From Paramecium tetraurelia (lineage: Eukaryota): a stretch of DNA of 64,000 bases. The notes below the pieces were generated by a model. It was not told where the DNA came from. It worked only from the letters and a program-made list of their open reading frames with translations, and searched no databases. Shown piece after piece: positions 30,173 to 43,740 of the stretch. Positions within the stretch are counted from its first letter, which is position 1. Each line of letters opens with the position of its first letter. Location: positions 372,001 to 436,000 of the forward strand of contig CT868119.1 in the NCBI GenBank assembly GCA_000165425.1, given 5' to 3'. The position numbers were made by a program, and so were the translations under genes.

Positions 30173-31479
30173 TGTAATAATTTAATATTTAAACTTAAAA
30201 TATTTAATTTTCCATTTTCATTATAAACATGGTTTATATTGAAAGTTTTAATCAAGTTTTATTTCATCAAAACCCATCAATTTTTATAATTAGATTTTTC
30301 CCTATTAGCAAATAATACATATATAAAAAAATAGTGTTTGTAATAGATCTTAAAAGTGTTTAATTATGCTACAATTCGATTTCTAAATACATATATGATT
30401 TCATTCAGTTTTGTATTAATTTAATATTTAAAACAATACTAGAATTTTTTAATCTTATGTTTATTAAATCTCATTAAACCTAATTTTTTTATTTAAGAAT
30501 TCGTTAATAAATAAATTTTGTTGTTAAATTTACAAAATCATATAAATTGTAACATGTAAATATATTTTTGAAAGTAAAAATTAGTATTATACTATTTATT
30601 TTAGTTGACGTCCAATTTCTATACTATATGAATGCTTTAGAATTTAAATTATTATTAAATAATTTTTATAACTATAAATGATTTCCTTCTTTAGAAGAAG
30701 CAAATATTATTATTTTTCAATTTATTAATCTACACCAGGAGATCCAAATATTAGTTAATAAAATATTACATTATAAATTTTTTATCTGATATTTACAAAT
30801 AAAGTTTAATAAATATTTTCATTTTTACTCAACTTTTAATAATCAAATCTTTTAATTTATATTTTATAGAACAAAATAATAGGGTCGATATTTAGAGTAA
30901 ATAGATGATTACACTAAAACATTTTTTATTTGAACAATAAATCATGAATATCAAAGTCATTCTTTAAATATCTTATATTGTTTTAACATATTCTTTGGAA
31001 TTTCCAAAAATTTTGAGATGGTAATCCTCTTAAAGAAACTTACTTAAATGAATTAAGATCAAAAATATATCTATGGAATCTATATATTTTCAAATCATTA
31101 ATTTCGAAATAAATAGTTTAAGTCATTATTCATTGAAAATCTGATTTGAGGATTTAAGTAAATACTAATTTACTCTTAAATTTCTTTTTATCAATTATTT
31201 ATATTTTATTAATCAATTTTATATTAGTAAGTGCATATTTTTTCACAGCATAGATAGTTTCTTTTATCAAAACTATTTATTATTATTATAACTCAAATAA
31301 AAGACAGTTGAAAATCTTAGTCATTTGGAAATATTAAATGATCAAATACCTAATATAAGTTTCAATAACATTTATTAAAAGGTTGATTAAGAGTTTAAAG
31401 AATATGGAGAATGTAAAACTCACTTTAGCAAATATATTTGTATGAAATTAATGATTAATAATGATTGATATGGAATACG

Positions 31480-32100
31480 ATGGGATGCGTTAAAACTCAA
31501 AGTGTTGAGATTTATCAAGAAAATTCAAATTAATTATTAAATGATTAGAAGGTAGTGGAAAATCAACAGTATTTGAGTGCATCAGATAAGGAAAATTTAT
31601 CCTGACCAAGGCAACTTTTGGTAAGGATTATAATTCTACATAGGTGTGAATGTGGATTTTAGCTACCCAGAATTCATGATTTTTGATGTTGGAGGGAAGT
31701 ACCAAGTTTGTAAAGTAATTATTATGAAAATGCAGATGGACTCATTTTTGTAATTGATTCATCAAATAAAGAGTAGTTATTTTTATGTCAAAGAATAATT
31801 ATTAAATTTGAATAAGATTTAGAGTACATGAATGTATTTCTAATTAAATAAAATAGGTAGTAATTCTCAACATGTTTACAAAGCAAGATAAATTACATCT
31901 AGATAATTAAGTCTTGATTTAAGAATGCGGAATTTTTGGATATTAGGCATAGACAGCATCTTTTAAATATGTAGTGCCAAAACCGGTTAGAGAGTTCAAG
32001 AAGGGATCTTAAAGTTAATAAACTTAATAAAAAAATATAAATACCAAAAATTCCATTACACTCAATTAAATAAAAACAACGAAAAATAGCAGTATGATAG
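31480..32100 (+). pseudogene. ARF/ARL small GTPase pseudogene
   Basis: MGCVK start; IIK*LEGSGKST with TGA at 31542 where Gly is expected; ATFG, FDVGG, YYENADGLIFVIDSS and CSAKTG need frameshifts to join; two GT-AG introns remain. Confidence 0.8.
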
Positions 32101-32129
32101 TTAATTCAAAGATATAAATCTAAATCTAT

Positions 32130-34332
32130 ATCCCTATTTCTAGGTAATAGCATTCTAAATCTTCTCTATATTTTTATTGGAGCTTATCTCATTCTCTAAA
32201 ATAAGTAACTTAAACTCTTCATTCTAAATATCCATAAATCAAACAGTCTGCTTTACGCATTTAAGTTAATCTCTATATAACTATTTAACCACTTTATCCA
32301 TCTCGGATTAGTCTTTATTCTTTTTCATTCGTGTTTATCTTCCAACCTCCTTTATTTATTTCATTTTCTTATCATTAATTTTTCTAATATAATAATAACT
32401 TCGATAATATTCATTAATCACAATGAAAGCTTTAATTCTTATTTTTTCTAAAGAACTGTCAATAAAAACATTCAAAATTCTTCTAATGGTCAAGTATTCC
32501 ATTCTTCATTTCTTAATCTACTAACACCAACATTCTTCTGCATTTTCTTAATACATTCTATTTTATTTTTAAATTGGTTTAGCCTACTTTACTAAAAATT
32601 ACATAACCTTTATTTCTTTCTTATTTAATATAGTCTGTATGATTCTGTTTTTATATCTTATTGAAATCAATTTAATTCATTTCATTATTGCAATTAGCAT
32701 TGGTATTAATATTAAGTAGTATGCGAATTGAAAATATTTATTTTGATTATAAATAAAGTAAAATTTTTGTATTACAGCTGCTGCTTTCAATTTTTCTCTA
32801 AACTATATTTTCCATAATTTTCTTTTGATTCTTATTTATTTAGTTGCATATTTTTTATCTAACTGATATGGTACCAAAAATTCATCATTAAGTTTGATAC
32901 AAACGAATGAAATGAACACCACATGATTACAATTTGATTATTAGACTTTTCATCTCATTCTTTATTTTAATAACAATGGATTTTGGTTTTGGCTATAATT
33001 AAACCACAAACAATTTCATTTTGCCTCTACTAACAGTAATAGAATTTCATCTAGATTTTTCAACAAAATTTTAGCATGATTATTCAACATCTTTGGCAGC
33101 ATGTTTAATAAACAATTTGGGTTTTGTAGAATTTTGATACGTGAGTTCTTTTCAAAAAGGTTATAATAATTATTAATCAGTTTAGTTTGATCTACATGCT
33201 TAATCAATAACGTTAAATAAACAAACAGGAGGTTTATCAACAAATCGATTAATTGGGTGTGCACTTCAAAATTAATACTACATTCAGTTTTTAGAATTTA
33301 TAAATAATGTTTATGATTTAGGTATTAATTTACAAAGTTTAAAATAATTCTATCTTAACTTATCAACATATTTTCCTAAACATTCTTTTACAAATATTTT
33401 TTTTTTCTTTGAAAACATATTCTATAGAATTAATAAAGTCTTTCATTTGAATAATTGATTATCATTTAATCAAATCCATTAAAATTATCGAAAAATTCGA
33501 AGCCATAAATATCCAATAATCATTAACGCTTTAACGATATCGTTCAAATCATAATCCAATAATTAGCAGATTTATTTCAAAAGATCTTCATTTTTTTGCT
33601 TCAAGTGTTTCCATAATTAGTATCATTCAATTATAGTTCTGCTATTAATATAACAGTATAAACAGCTTAAAAAATTGCCTCAGCATCAATAATATTCACT
33701 GCAGAGAAAGCTTATATTAATTCATCATAAATTTTCAGAACCGAAATGATTAAAGTTTTATCTTTAATATTTTGATTACCAAATAATAAATAAAATATAT
33801 GAAAATTTCTAACCTTTTCAAAAAAGTGAGACATATCTACTTTTTTCTAAAGGATAATTTACAATATCTGCACCAATAATTTATTTATTTTTATTAACAA
33901 AGAGCCAAGAGTAATTTCTAAATCTGCTAGAATTCGATTACATCGCCTAATCTTATCTAATAATTCACTATCTTAAGAATTAAAGCTTTTTAATAGGTTA
34001 AGACAATATCTAGCATTTTCAGCTTTGCCTTATCCACTCTCTCCAGATATGAGAATAGCTTCTCACTTAATTCGGTAAATGCATAAGCTCCAATTGAATA
34101 TTTTTCAGCAGCAATAGATTTATAGGTATGATATTCTCACTTAAATTATTTTAGAGTTATGGATCATTAATAATTGCTAGATAGAACATGTCTGCTTAAA
34201 CATCCTCACGCCTTTCCCACATTTGTCGATTCAATTTTCAGCCATTTTCTTCAATTATATAATTATTTCCATCTACAATTATACCTTTTTTAAATTATCA
34301 CTCTCTAATACCCAAACTTTATTACTAAACAT
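32130..34332 (-). pseudogene. Myosin heavy chain pseudogene (motor domain remnants)
   Basis: ILISGESGQGKAE (P-loop), YPLEKSRY..RNFHIFY, DIYGFE..FDQMIINYSNERL, FVCIKLN; in-frame TGA at 34238-34240, frameshifts, switch-I segment missing; 3' limit approximate. Confidence 0.8.
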
Positions 34333-34364
34333 TCTAGAATAATAGTGATGTGTTAATTATTTTA

Positions 34365-35713
34365 ATGAACAAAGTTATCTGTCTTCTATCACTATTGTTG
34401 GCTACTTCTTATGCACTCTATGATTCACGATCCAAAGTGTAGCTCCTTACACCTTAAACATTCAGGGAGAAAGTCTTAAACTCTAAATCACTTTGGATAG
34501 TTGAATTCTTTGCTCCATGGTGTGGCCATTGCAAAGCACTAGCCCCCGAATATGAAAAGGCAGCAAAGGCTCTAGAAGGAATAGTGAATATTGCTGCGGT
34601 TGATGCAGATGCTCACAAGGACCTTGGAGGACAGTATGGTATTTAAGGATTCCCTACAATCAAATTTTTTGGAGAAAACAAAAGTTCTCCTTCTGATTAC
34701 CAAGGAGAAAGATCAGCCTAAGGAATAATCAACTTTGCATTAGAATAAGTGAAATCGGTATTATTCTATTTTATTTTTAAAGACTGTGAATAGTAGATAA
34801 AAAGGATCATCGTCAAATAGAAATTAATAAAAACAATCGTCTGGATCTGGATCTGGATCAGGATCTGGATCAGCTGATGATGTTATTGTTCTTACCGATT
34901 CAACATTTGATGAAAATGTTCTTAAATCTAAGGATTCTTGGTTCGTTGAATTCTATGCACCTTGGTGTGGGCACTGTAAGAAACTAGAACCTGAATGGAA
35001 TAAAGTAGGATCAGATCTTAAGGGAAAAGTCAAAGTGGCTAAGGTAGATGCCACTGCAAATACTTAATTAGCAACTCGTTTTGGAGTCTCAGGATATCCA
35101 ACTTTGAAATTCTTCCCTGCAGGTTTCTCCAATGACTCAGAAGTTATCTCTTATGATGGTGCTAGAGATTCCTCTGCAATGATAGAGTTTGCTTTAGAAT
35201 AATCTAATAAGTCAAAGAAGGTTGAAGTATTGGAACTATTATCAAAAGATATCTTAAAAGAAAATTGCCTTGATTACAATGGTATTTCTCAATATTATCT
35301 AGGTGTCTGTATAATTGCATTTCTACCTCATATCTACGATAGTAATAAATAAGAAAGAAATTAATATATCAATTAATTGTTAGAAGTTGCTAAATCACTG
35401 AAAAATAAGCCAGTGAATTTCTTATGGACTTAAGGAGGAGATAACTATGAATTTGAAGAAGCATTCTAAAGTGCTGCTGCACATCCTTCAGTAATGGCGT
35501 TAAGTGGCAGAAAATCTGTTTATGCTAAACTTAAAGGAGCATTCAGTAAATAAAATATTGAATAGTAATTAAAAAATATATTAATTTAGATTTGTGAATA
35601 ATGTATTAAACGGAAGAGAGCACTTTAATTAGTATTCTTAACTTCCTCATTTTAAAAAAGTTGACAAATGGGATGGATAGGACCATAAACCAGTTTATAA
35701 TGATGAATTCTGA
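34365..35713 (+). CDS. PDIA6: Protein disulfide isomerase A6/P5-type (a-a'-b)
   Basis: Signal peptide; two APWCGHCK motifs separated by a Ser/Gly linker; LPHIYDS; C-terminal NDEF; 3 introns. Confidence 0.94.
34838..34872 (+). repeat. (TCTGGA)n coding repeat, Ser-Gly linker of the PDI
   Basis: tctggatctggatctggatcaggatctggatca. Confidence 0.8.
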
Positions 35714-35871
35714 ATATTGTGTAATTGTATAAGTTATGGTTATCGTTATTTGGCTTTATTTCTTATATTATTTATATTTAATACTCTAATTTGTTCCTCA
35801 AAAAAAAGAGAATTATTAATGACAGATATAATCTCATTTTAAAAATTAAAAATAATAATATATTATTTCTG

Positions 35872-36477
35872 ATGTAGCAAGAAGAAGAACAATATTCGTG
35901 TCTTGAAGAATTCTTTATTGACAGTTGTAGATTTGGGTAAGTATTATATTCATTTTTAGAGATTATGAAGATGCGATTGGATGCTTTGAAGACAATGTTG
36001 ATTTGTTTTGGATTGACATAAATTAAAATAACTGCATTCGTATTGTTGTTGAATTTACATTATAGATATGGTATCAGCAAATGGTCATTTATTGATACTT
36101 GAATAAATTATCTCTTATTCTCACAAAAAAAACATTGATTTGCAAAAATTAATTAACCATCAAAATTAATATGGTTGTACTCCTCTACGTAATATATGTA
36201 ATTATATTAAATCAGATTGGGCAGTGTTAAATAATTAATTAGCTATTATAACAATATTATTATAAAATGGAGCAGATGTTACCATAAAAAACTTAAATGG
36301 ATTAACATGTATAGATGAAGCTTTTTAGCTTGATAAAGCAGAAGTTATAGTAATATATTATTTGTTATTCTAAAGGAATTATTATCAAAAAACATCTCTT
36401 TAACAGAAGATCAATAATAGAGTTTCTAAGAAGCACCAGATGTTACAGAGAAGGATGAAGAAGATTAAGTTGAATGA
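35872..36477 (+). CDS. Ankyrin-repeat protein, Yar1-like
   Basis: DSCRFGD, CIHMVSANGH, NQYGCTPLHWAVLNNQ, acidic C-tail; 4 tiny introns, e.g. 35937-35959. Confidence 0.8.
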
Positions 36478-36733
36478 TTTGTTTATATTTTATGTAAAAA
36501 AGTAATCAAATTACCTTTTTACATTTGAAAATATCAATTTCCTAGTATATGATGACATTTAAATATTCATAATTCTGAATAAATAAATGAGTCCACTGCT
36601 TCATTCAACATTAGAATATTCCATTTATATTTCCAGGGATAGAATTGATATTTATGAAGATTTCGCGTGACATTTATAAATTAATGAATAAATAACTATA
36701 ATTTTAATAATTAAATAATCGAAATTATTAACA

Positions 36734-38866
36734 ATGAGCGTTAAAAAACAATCATATGCAGGAAGCACAACAGATTACTCAGAAGCAATGTTTTAACCAA
36801 ATTTCACATAGAGAAACCAAGGTCTAAACTAAAATTATCAATTGCCAACATAAAATCAATAATTTCTACCATAATAACCATTTCAAAACTAAAGAATTTC
36901 ATTTGGCTAAGGAGAGTTTTGCCAACCATAACAAACAATACCAAAGCAAAGATCTGATTACAACTTTCAACCTTAATATCCAGTAACTGATTTAAATAGT
37001 ACATTTACAATGCTTCCAAAAGTATTTGAAATGGATTAAGACTTTTTACCTCAGGAAATACTCTTCTTGCTATCAGAAGAAAATAATCATATAGACAGAT
37101 TTAAAAAGAGAGTGGATAGAGAAAAGGAAAAGATCAAAAGAGATATAAGTTCTATTAAGAGTGAAATTTCAAATATGATTGAAGATCTAGGAGTTTAGAT
37201 GTAACAATTTGTGGATGAACATTATAAAAGATACTTAAATGTTTATGCTGCTTTTAAGGATGAAGTTATTCAGTTTAAGAAAACCAAGTTAGAAGCACCT
37301 TTGAATTTAGTACCTCCTCCACCCTCAAATAATTTTGGAGACTGTTCTAACGCTAATTTAATTAGAGAGTTAGAAGAAATGAAATATTAAAATTATGTTA
37401 GTAAAGTTAATGCTTACATAAGCAATTTGGCTAAACAAAGGGTTGAATAAATACAAATAATATCAAAGGAATTATTATAATTGACCAGTCAAAATAGCGA
37501 ATTCTATCACTCAGAAGCAACTTTAAGACAATTGAATAATATCAAATAAGAAGTAGAAGAAAGACTAATAACAAAGTTTGGTGACATGACTGATTATATT
37601 TTGCCTTTAGATTTTATGGAACAGAGTTAATAGAAATAAATGAATCAAGAAATAAAAAGTAAATTAAATCTAGAGACTTAATCACTTCCATAATCAGCAA
37701 TTAAAACAAATCCTTATTTAAATATTTAAGAACCAAAATTAACTCTAAATTTTGAGAATCAAATGAATCAATTCAACTAATCTTCATAAACAATTTAGTA
37801 GTCTCCCATCCTGTAATTACAAAACCATTTTTTAAACACTCATACAATTTAGGGGAAGGTCAATGAATTACAAGAAATCTAATCTCAAGACATCAGACAT
37901 AATGGAATGATATTGTGTTTTACAAATATCAAAGAAAATTTAATTGCTACTGGATCTAAAGATACATGCATTAATATTTGGGATAATTATTCTTTGATAT
38001 CCTAGTTGAAAGGTCACACTGATGGAGTTTGTACATTAACAGTAATTAAAGCAAATAATGTGCCTTTCTTCTTAGCATCTGGAAGTGACAATGGAGACAA
38101 ATCAATTAAAATATGGAATTTATCAACTTTGAAAGAACATAATACTTTAGTAGAACATCAAGCAGCTGTAGTTGCATTATTATCATTAGATGATGGGCAA
38201 ACTCTTGTTAGTGGATCTTATGATAAATCATTGCTGATTTGGAATATCGATAATTAGAAACCAATTTAAAGATTGGATGTTCATACAAATGCTGTAACTT
38301 GTCTCACTTTAGCAAAAGGAAGATTCATTTCAGGAGGATTGGATCAAACCATCAATGTATGGAAAATCATTAAAAATGCTTAAGGACAGTTTTAATCAGC
38401 ATAGTTAGAAAGGACTATTAGAAATCAAACCCTAGTTTGCGCCTTGAATATTGTTTAAATCTAAAATAATGTAATATTATAATATTATCATTTGTAGACC
38501 AAAATCATTAGTGGAGGCAAAGATGGAAAAATTAGAGAATTTGATATCAATACTGGCGAACTCTTATCATAATAATAAGTAACTAATGGGCCTATTGTGG
38601 AAATGATTGTTGCATAAGATTATGTGAATTATTCTGTCATCTCTATGTCAAATAAAGTAACATACCATATTATCATATAGGATCGAAATTTAGTAATGAC
38701 AAGTCAAGGAGTAAACAAAGTCTTGGATACAAATGACCAAGTATTTGTAGAATTTGGCTGTGGAGTTTATCCAAAAATTGAAGTTGTTGAGAAAGCTGGG
38801 CAATTGTAGTTAAATATCATCTCATAGAAACAAGATGTTTAGAAAATTTTTAAGTATGCTATCTGA
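36734..38866 (+). CDS. Coiled-coil + WD40-repeat protein
   Basis: ATGSKDTCINIWD, KGHTDGV, ASGSDNGDKSIKIWN, LVSGSYDKSLLIWN, SGGLDQTINVW. Confidence 0.85.
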
Positions 38867-38942
38867 TTGAATATATATATATTATATTTATTTATAATTT
38901 ATAAATTAATTTATTGAAATTTATATCTATTATTTTTTTACA

Positions 38943-38989
38943 TTAAATCATATTTCATATTTACATTTAAATCATATTTCATATTTACA
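38943..38989. repeat. Intergenic tandem duplication (23-nt unit x2)
   Basis: ttaaatcatatttcatatttaca t ttaaatcatatttcatatttaca. Confidence 0.8.
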
Positions 38990-39217
38990 GAAGAATATTA
39001 TGAAAGTGATTTAAGTATAATGAAGCATTAGAAATTAAATTAAAGTAGAGAGCATTTCAAGATTGGGTTCTGATATTTGATTATGTTATTCTAGAAATGT
39101 ATGTACACCTTACAGAACTATATAAAAAATATTTAGATTAGAAGGAAATAGAAGGGTTTCGTGAAGATTATAAATTAGATAAGGTTCATTAATTGAATTT
39201 TGAAATTGTGAATTAAT

Positions 39218-39850
39218 ATGGAATAAAATTATATTAAACTTGTTCTAGTTGGTGAAAGCGGAGTTGGAAAAACACAAATTCTGAATTCTTATTGCTTTGG
39301 GTTGGCACCATAAGCAGTCGCTGATTTCACAATAGGTTGTGATTACGTACTAAAAAGGGTTCTTTTGAATGGAAAATTCTTAAAATTGTAAATCTGGGAT
39401 GTTTCTGGAGCTGAAAGAGAATCACCTTTGATGAAAATATATTTGAAAGGAGCTTTGGGAATCATCTTTGTGTTTGATGCAACTGATGAAATAAGCAGAT
39501 AATAATTGGTAAAATGGTAGAATATAGTGTATTAATACGTTGATGAATATAATGGAAGACACATTCCATTCTTGATAGTTTAGAATAAAATGGATTTGGT
39601 ATAATAATATGATGAATAAAATTCTCAGTAATTTCTTTAGTAATTTTGTTAAACTTTTGGCTTCTTTGATGGAGTATAATGTTCAGCATATGATAATTAA
39701 GGTTTAAAGAATGTGTTCGAAACAATCGTCGATGAAATAATTAGAAGAGATCTAGTAGAATTGTAATTGAAAAAAAATGAAAGTAAAATAAGCAAACTGC
39801 AAATAGAAGATAAAGGAATGAAACTGAAATAGAAATCAAGATGTTCATGA
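39218..39850 (+). CDS. Divergent Rab-family GTPase (intronless, 210 aa)
   Basis: G1 GESGVGKT, G2 FTIGCD, G3 WDVSGAE, G4 NKMD, G5 CSAY, C-terminal KSRCS. Confidence 0.88.
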
Positions 39851-39892
39851 ATAATATATGGATTTGTATTCAAATTAATAATTGTTATTAAA

Positions 39893-41523
39893 TCATTTAC
39901 TTTCAAAAACACAGAATGCATTTGATCTAACAGTTTCTACTTTAACTTCTGGTCCCACCATTGTTCTAATATCACGGATATCATAATAAATCATAGTTGG
40001 TCTTTCCAATCCCAAACCCCATGCAATCACATTCACATCTTCTGGAATGCCAAGAGGTGCTAACATTTCAGGTCTGAAAACACCAGAATTACCAATTTCA
40101 ACCTTCTTCTTTAAAACAGGATGATATCCTAGAATAGTGATAAACAATTACCATAAATCTCCATACTTGGTTCGGTATATGGATTATAAGTGGGTTTAAA
40201 CCACAATTTGTTTATTCCAATTTACCTAAAGAATTCTCTGATGATCCCCATCAATTATCCTAATGAGGCATTCTTATCAATCACAACTCCTTCAATCTAA
40301 TGAAATTCTGCCAAATGAGTTGCATCTAAAGTTTCATTTCTGAAAACTTTATCTATACTAAAATATTTCTTTGGGAAATAACCCTTCTCTTTATATTATT
40401 AAGCAATTCTATAAAGCATTTTAGATGAGACAGCTGTTGTATGTGTTCTTAATATATTTTTTCTGGCTTCTTCGTGTGACCATTCGTATTGATATCCAAT
40501 ACTACCAACACCTCCTGTCTAATGCATAGCTTTTACTTTATCTCTCAACGTATTATCTACTTCTTCGCTGAGTTCTGGATCACTACAAAAGAATGTATCA
40601 TGTGCGTCTCTTGCTGGATGTTTCTAAGGTTAAAATAAAGCATCGAAATTCCAAAAAGATGACTCAACAAATTAATTTGTTGGCATTTCTTCAAATCCCA
40701 TTCCAATTAAAATTTATGAGAACTATTTCCTTACTTTTAAGAGAGGATGCAAATTACCCATTGAAACTAATAATATAAAATTTGATTATTACTCTTTTCC
40801 CCTTCTGCATTAAGATTAATACTTTTATAATCACAATCCTTCCATTCTCCACTGAGTAATTATTCTGTGGTTAATGCTGCAAACTATTCTCTAAATTTTG
40901 AATTGTATTTAACACCTTTCTTCACCTCAAAGTATTTAATAGTTGATATGCTAGCCAATTTTCTTTCAATCAATAGTTTTGCTTATGGTGATCCTAATTT
41001 GATTTCATTAAATGATTATAATTCTTGTTTTATTTTATCAGGCATGTCATTTGCTACTTTACTTATCATACCCTTATCCAATTTAATATATCCCATTTTC
41101 TTTGCATTTCCAAAACCTTAATCAAACAATTTCTTTTTAGGATCCTCTACTTGTTTTTCTTTCTTTTCTCCTTATTCTTATTTTTACTTGGGTGGCTGAT
41201 CAATTCCAAATTATTTTTGTAAATCTGTCATAGATATTCCACCTTCAGGCACTTTTTAATAAATCTCATATTCTCCAGATTATGAATTTAATATAGTATT
41301 CCCCTCTTCATTCAGAAATAATTAATCTTTTTTTAAACCCTATTTATTATTGTTATCATCCTACCTCGGTAATGATATAATTTGCTGCTTCTAATTATAA
41401 TAGATATCCAACTAATTCTTGATGATTGATGCCTATTGTCTATGCAACTTATAAGGAATTAATAGATTCTTAATTCTCTAATAAACTAAGAATTTGATTT
41501 GCGTGATCGTGTTTTTAATCCAT
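39893..41523 (-). CDS. FARSA: Phenylalanyl-tRNA synthetase alpha subunit (cytosolic)
   Basis: [68 protein letters not shown]. Confidence 0.95.
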
Positions 41524-41760
41524 AATTATTTAATAATAAATATATTTAAAATTTTAATCAATCTTCCTTTCTTGTTCTATTCATTCATCTTTCAAACAAA
41601 ATAATAAATAGCATTATATATTCCTTATCTTAAATAATAAATGAGATATAAATTCAATTATTTTATGAATTAAGCATATGTTTCGATTACATTCATCTAT
41701 TAATAATAATTTAATATTGGCAATTAAATAATAATTTAATTTAATAAAGTTAGCATATTA

Positions 41761-43740
41761 ATGGAAGAATAATTGTCGCAGTAATTCGATTGTATCAAAT
41801 TTATTGAATCCCATCTACAAGGTACTTAAGACATAGATATGCAATTAACTGATTTATCTTTTCAACTACAATTGTTGAAATCTGACTCAGAGGAATAAAT
41901 CATTCAAGAAACAAAAGCAATTTATTAAAACCAAGACTAAATCATTCAAGATACTTAATAATTATTTAAAGAGCTGATCGATTACAAAGATCTACAAGAT
42001 TAGTATATTAGTCAAACTTTGCCATTTTTAGCATAAGATAACAAACTATATTAAAAAATGGATGAATGCCTAAGATACAAAAAAAATATTAGAGACAGTT
42101 TAGACATGTTTGAAATTGTGATGCAATTAGATTAGATATATGATTAGTATTAAAAGATAATTGAGGATAACGATATTTAGTAATTGTTGGACAATATCAA
42201 GAATAATATTAGAATTTTTAAAATCCTATTACAACTACCGAAAATGAGTCCTAGATATGGACAAATAGAGAAGATTGTCAATTTGGTTGAATCATATTGC
42301 CATTAAGAATTATTTACATCTAAGCAATCATAACAAAAATTAGAAATTCTAGATTTGCTTGATATTTCATCTAGGGCAGCTAGCATTTATTTGTAATAGA
42401 GACTAAAAGTCATTGACCTTTCTTAATTAACTTTAAATGATTTATTGAGTACTTAAGATGCATAAGAATTGGTTCATCTTATGATTTCAATCACAGATAA
42501 TGAATTACAATATTTGAGAAATATGAATAATTTTTAATCGTTTTTCTTTGAATTTTTGAAGTACTTGATTTCATATTTTAATAAAAACTTATTTAAGCAG
42601 TATTTCAACTTTGAAAACCAATACAATAGAAATTTAGAAGTATTCCACTAATTATTATTTAATAGTTTCTATATGGTTATTTAACATACTACAACATTTT
42701 GTAATCGTATTCTGATAAAGGATATTTGCAACCCAAACATTTTGATTAGATATTAAAACTTGCATTTGAGCCTTACAGTGCTATAATAAAGATAATAGTG
42801 AAAAATGAATGTTAATTTCTTTAAGGAAATATAAATTTCTAAATAGATTCCACAAAGTCAATTAATGAGAAATTGGCAAGCTTTGATTTCAATAAATAAG
42901 ATATACTGGAATAATCATTTAAAAGGTGTTATGATTTGAGTTTCTAAATAGCTTTTGAAGATTGGGTATTTGAATGTATAAAAATTTTGGATAATTTATT
43001 AATCATTTTGAATCAAATTATTGATGAAATACCTTTGGATTAATTTGGATCATACATTTAATCAATTATCAATTAATCTGAGAATTAGCAATTCATCAAA
43101 GGAACCAATTCAAAATTTTAGATGAAACATAACATTTCTTTGTTTGAGTTACTCATAACTAAGCATTATGAATTACATAATTTTAGAATGAATCAGCTGG
43201 TTGAATTAGATACTTTTATTAGAAAAACGATTGAAAAAAATATGGAAGAAGAATTATTGAGATAGATTTCTTAAATTATAAGGGAAAGTATACTTTATTG
43301 ATATATAAATAGAATTGTAAATGAATAGAAATAAAGCCATTTTAAATCAATATATGGAAACATTATCTTTGACATCTGCACTTAGATAATTAATTGAGGA
43401 ATGTGAAAATAAACTCTCTATTCATATACTTAGATTGTTATTGCAAGATAGTTTAAATTAAGATCAGGATTATATTCATTCATTTACCACAAATTTAGAG
43501 TTAATTGAAAACATTTTTAAATCTATAAAAGCAAATAAAATCAATTTTAAGGCTTGTGTGAATTTGAATTAGAATGTTTCATATGAAGAATTAGAGGAAA
43601 AATCGAAAAATAATTATTTTAGTCAACCAACTTGTTTTTGGGCAACAATGCACATTTTAGTAGAAACTAAGTTCATTTAAATCAAAGAATTAAAACCTTT
43701 TTATGAAAAATTTGTTATATATGATAATTTATATAAATGA
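41761..43740 (+). CDS. Helical protein, possibly COG7-like (Golgi tethering complex)
   Basis: Long frame with 2 introns (42641-42665, 43288-43312); FDCIKFI..LSFQLQL and AFEPY..RC loosely resemble COG7; family call tentative. Confidence 0.55.

Noticed and set aside
31480..34332. UGA read-through or selenocysteine recoding in the ARF and myosin genes
   Set aside because: The TGAs co-occur with frameshifts and deletions, and the ARF one replaces a conserved Gly; pseudogenisation is simpler
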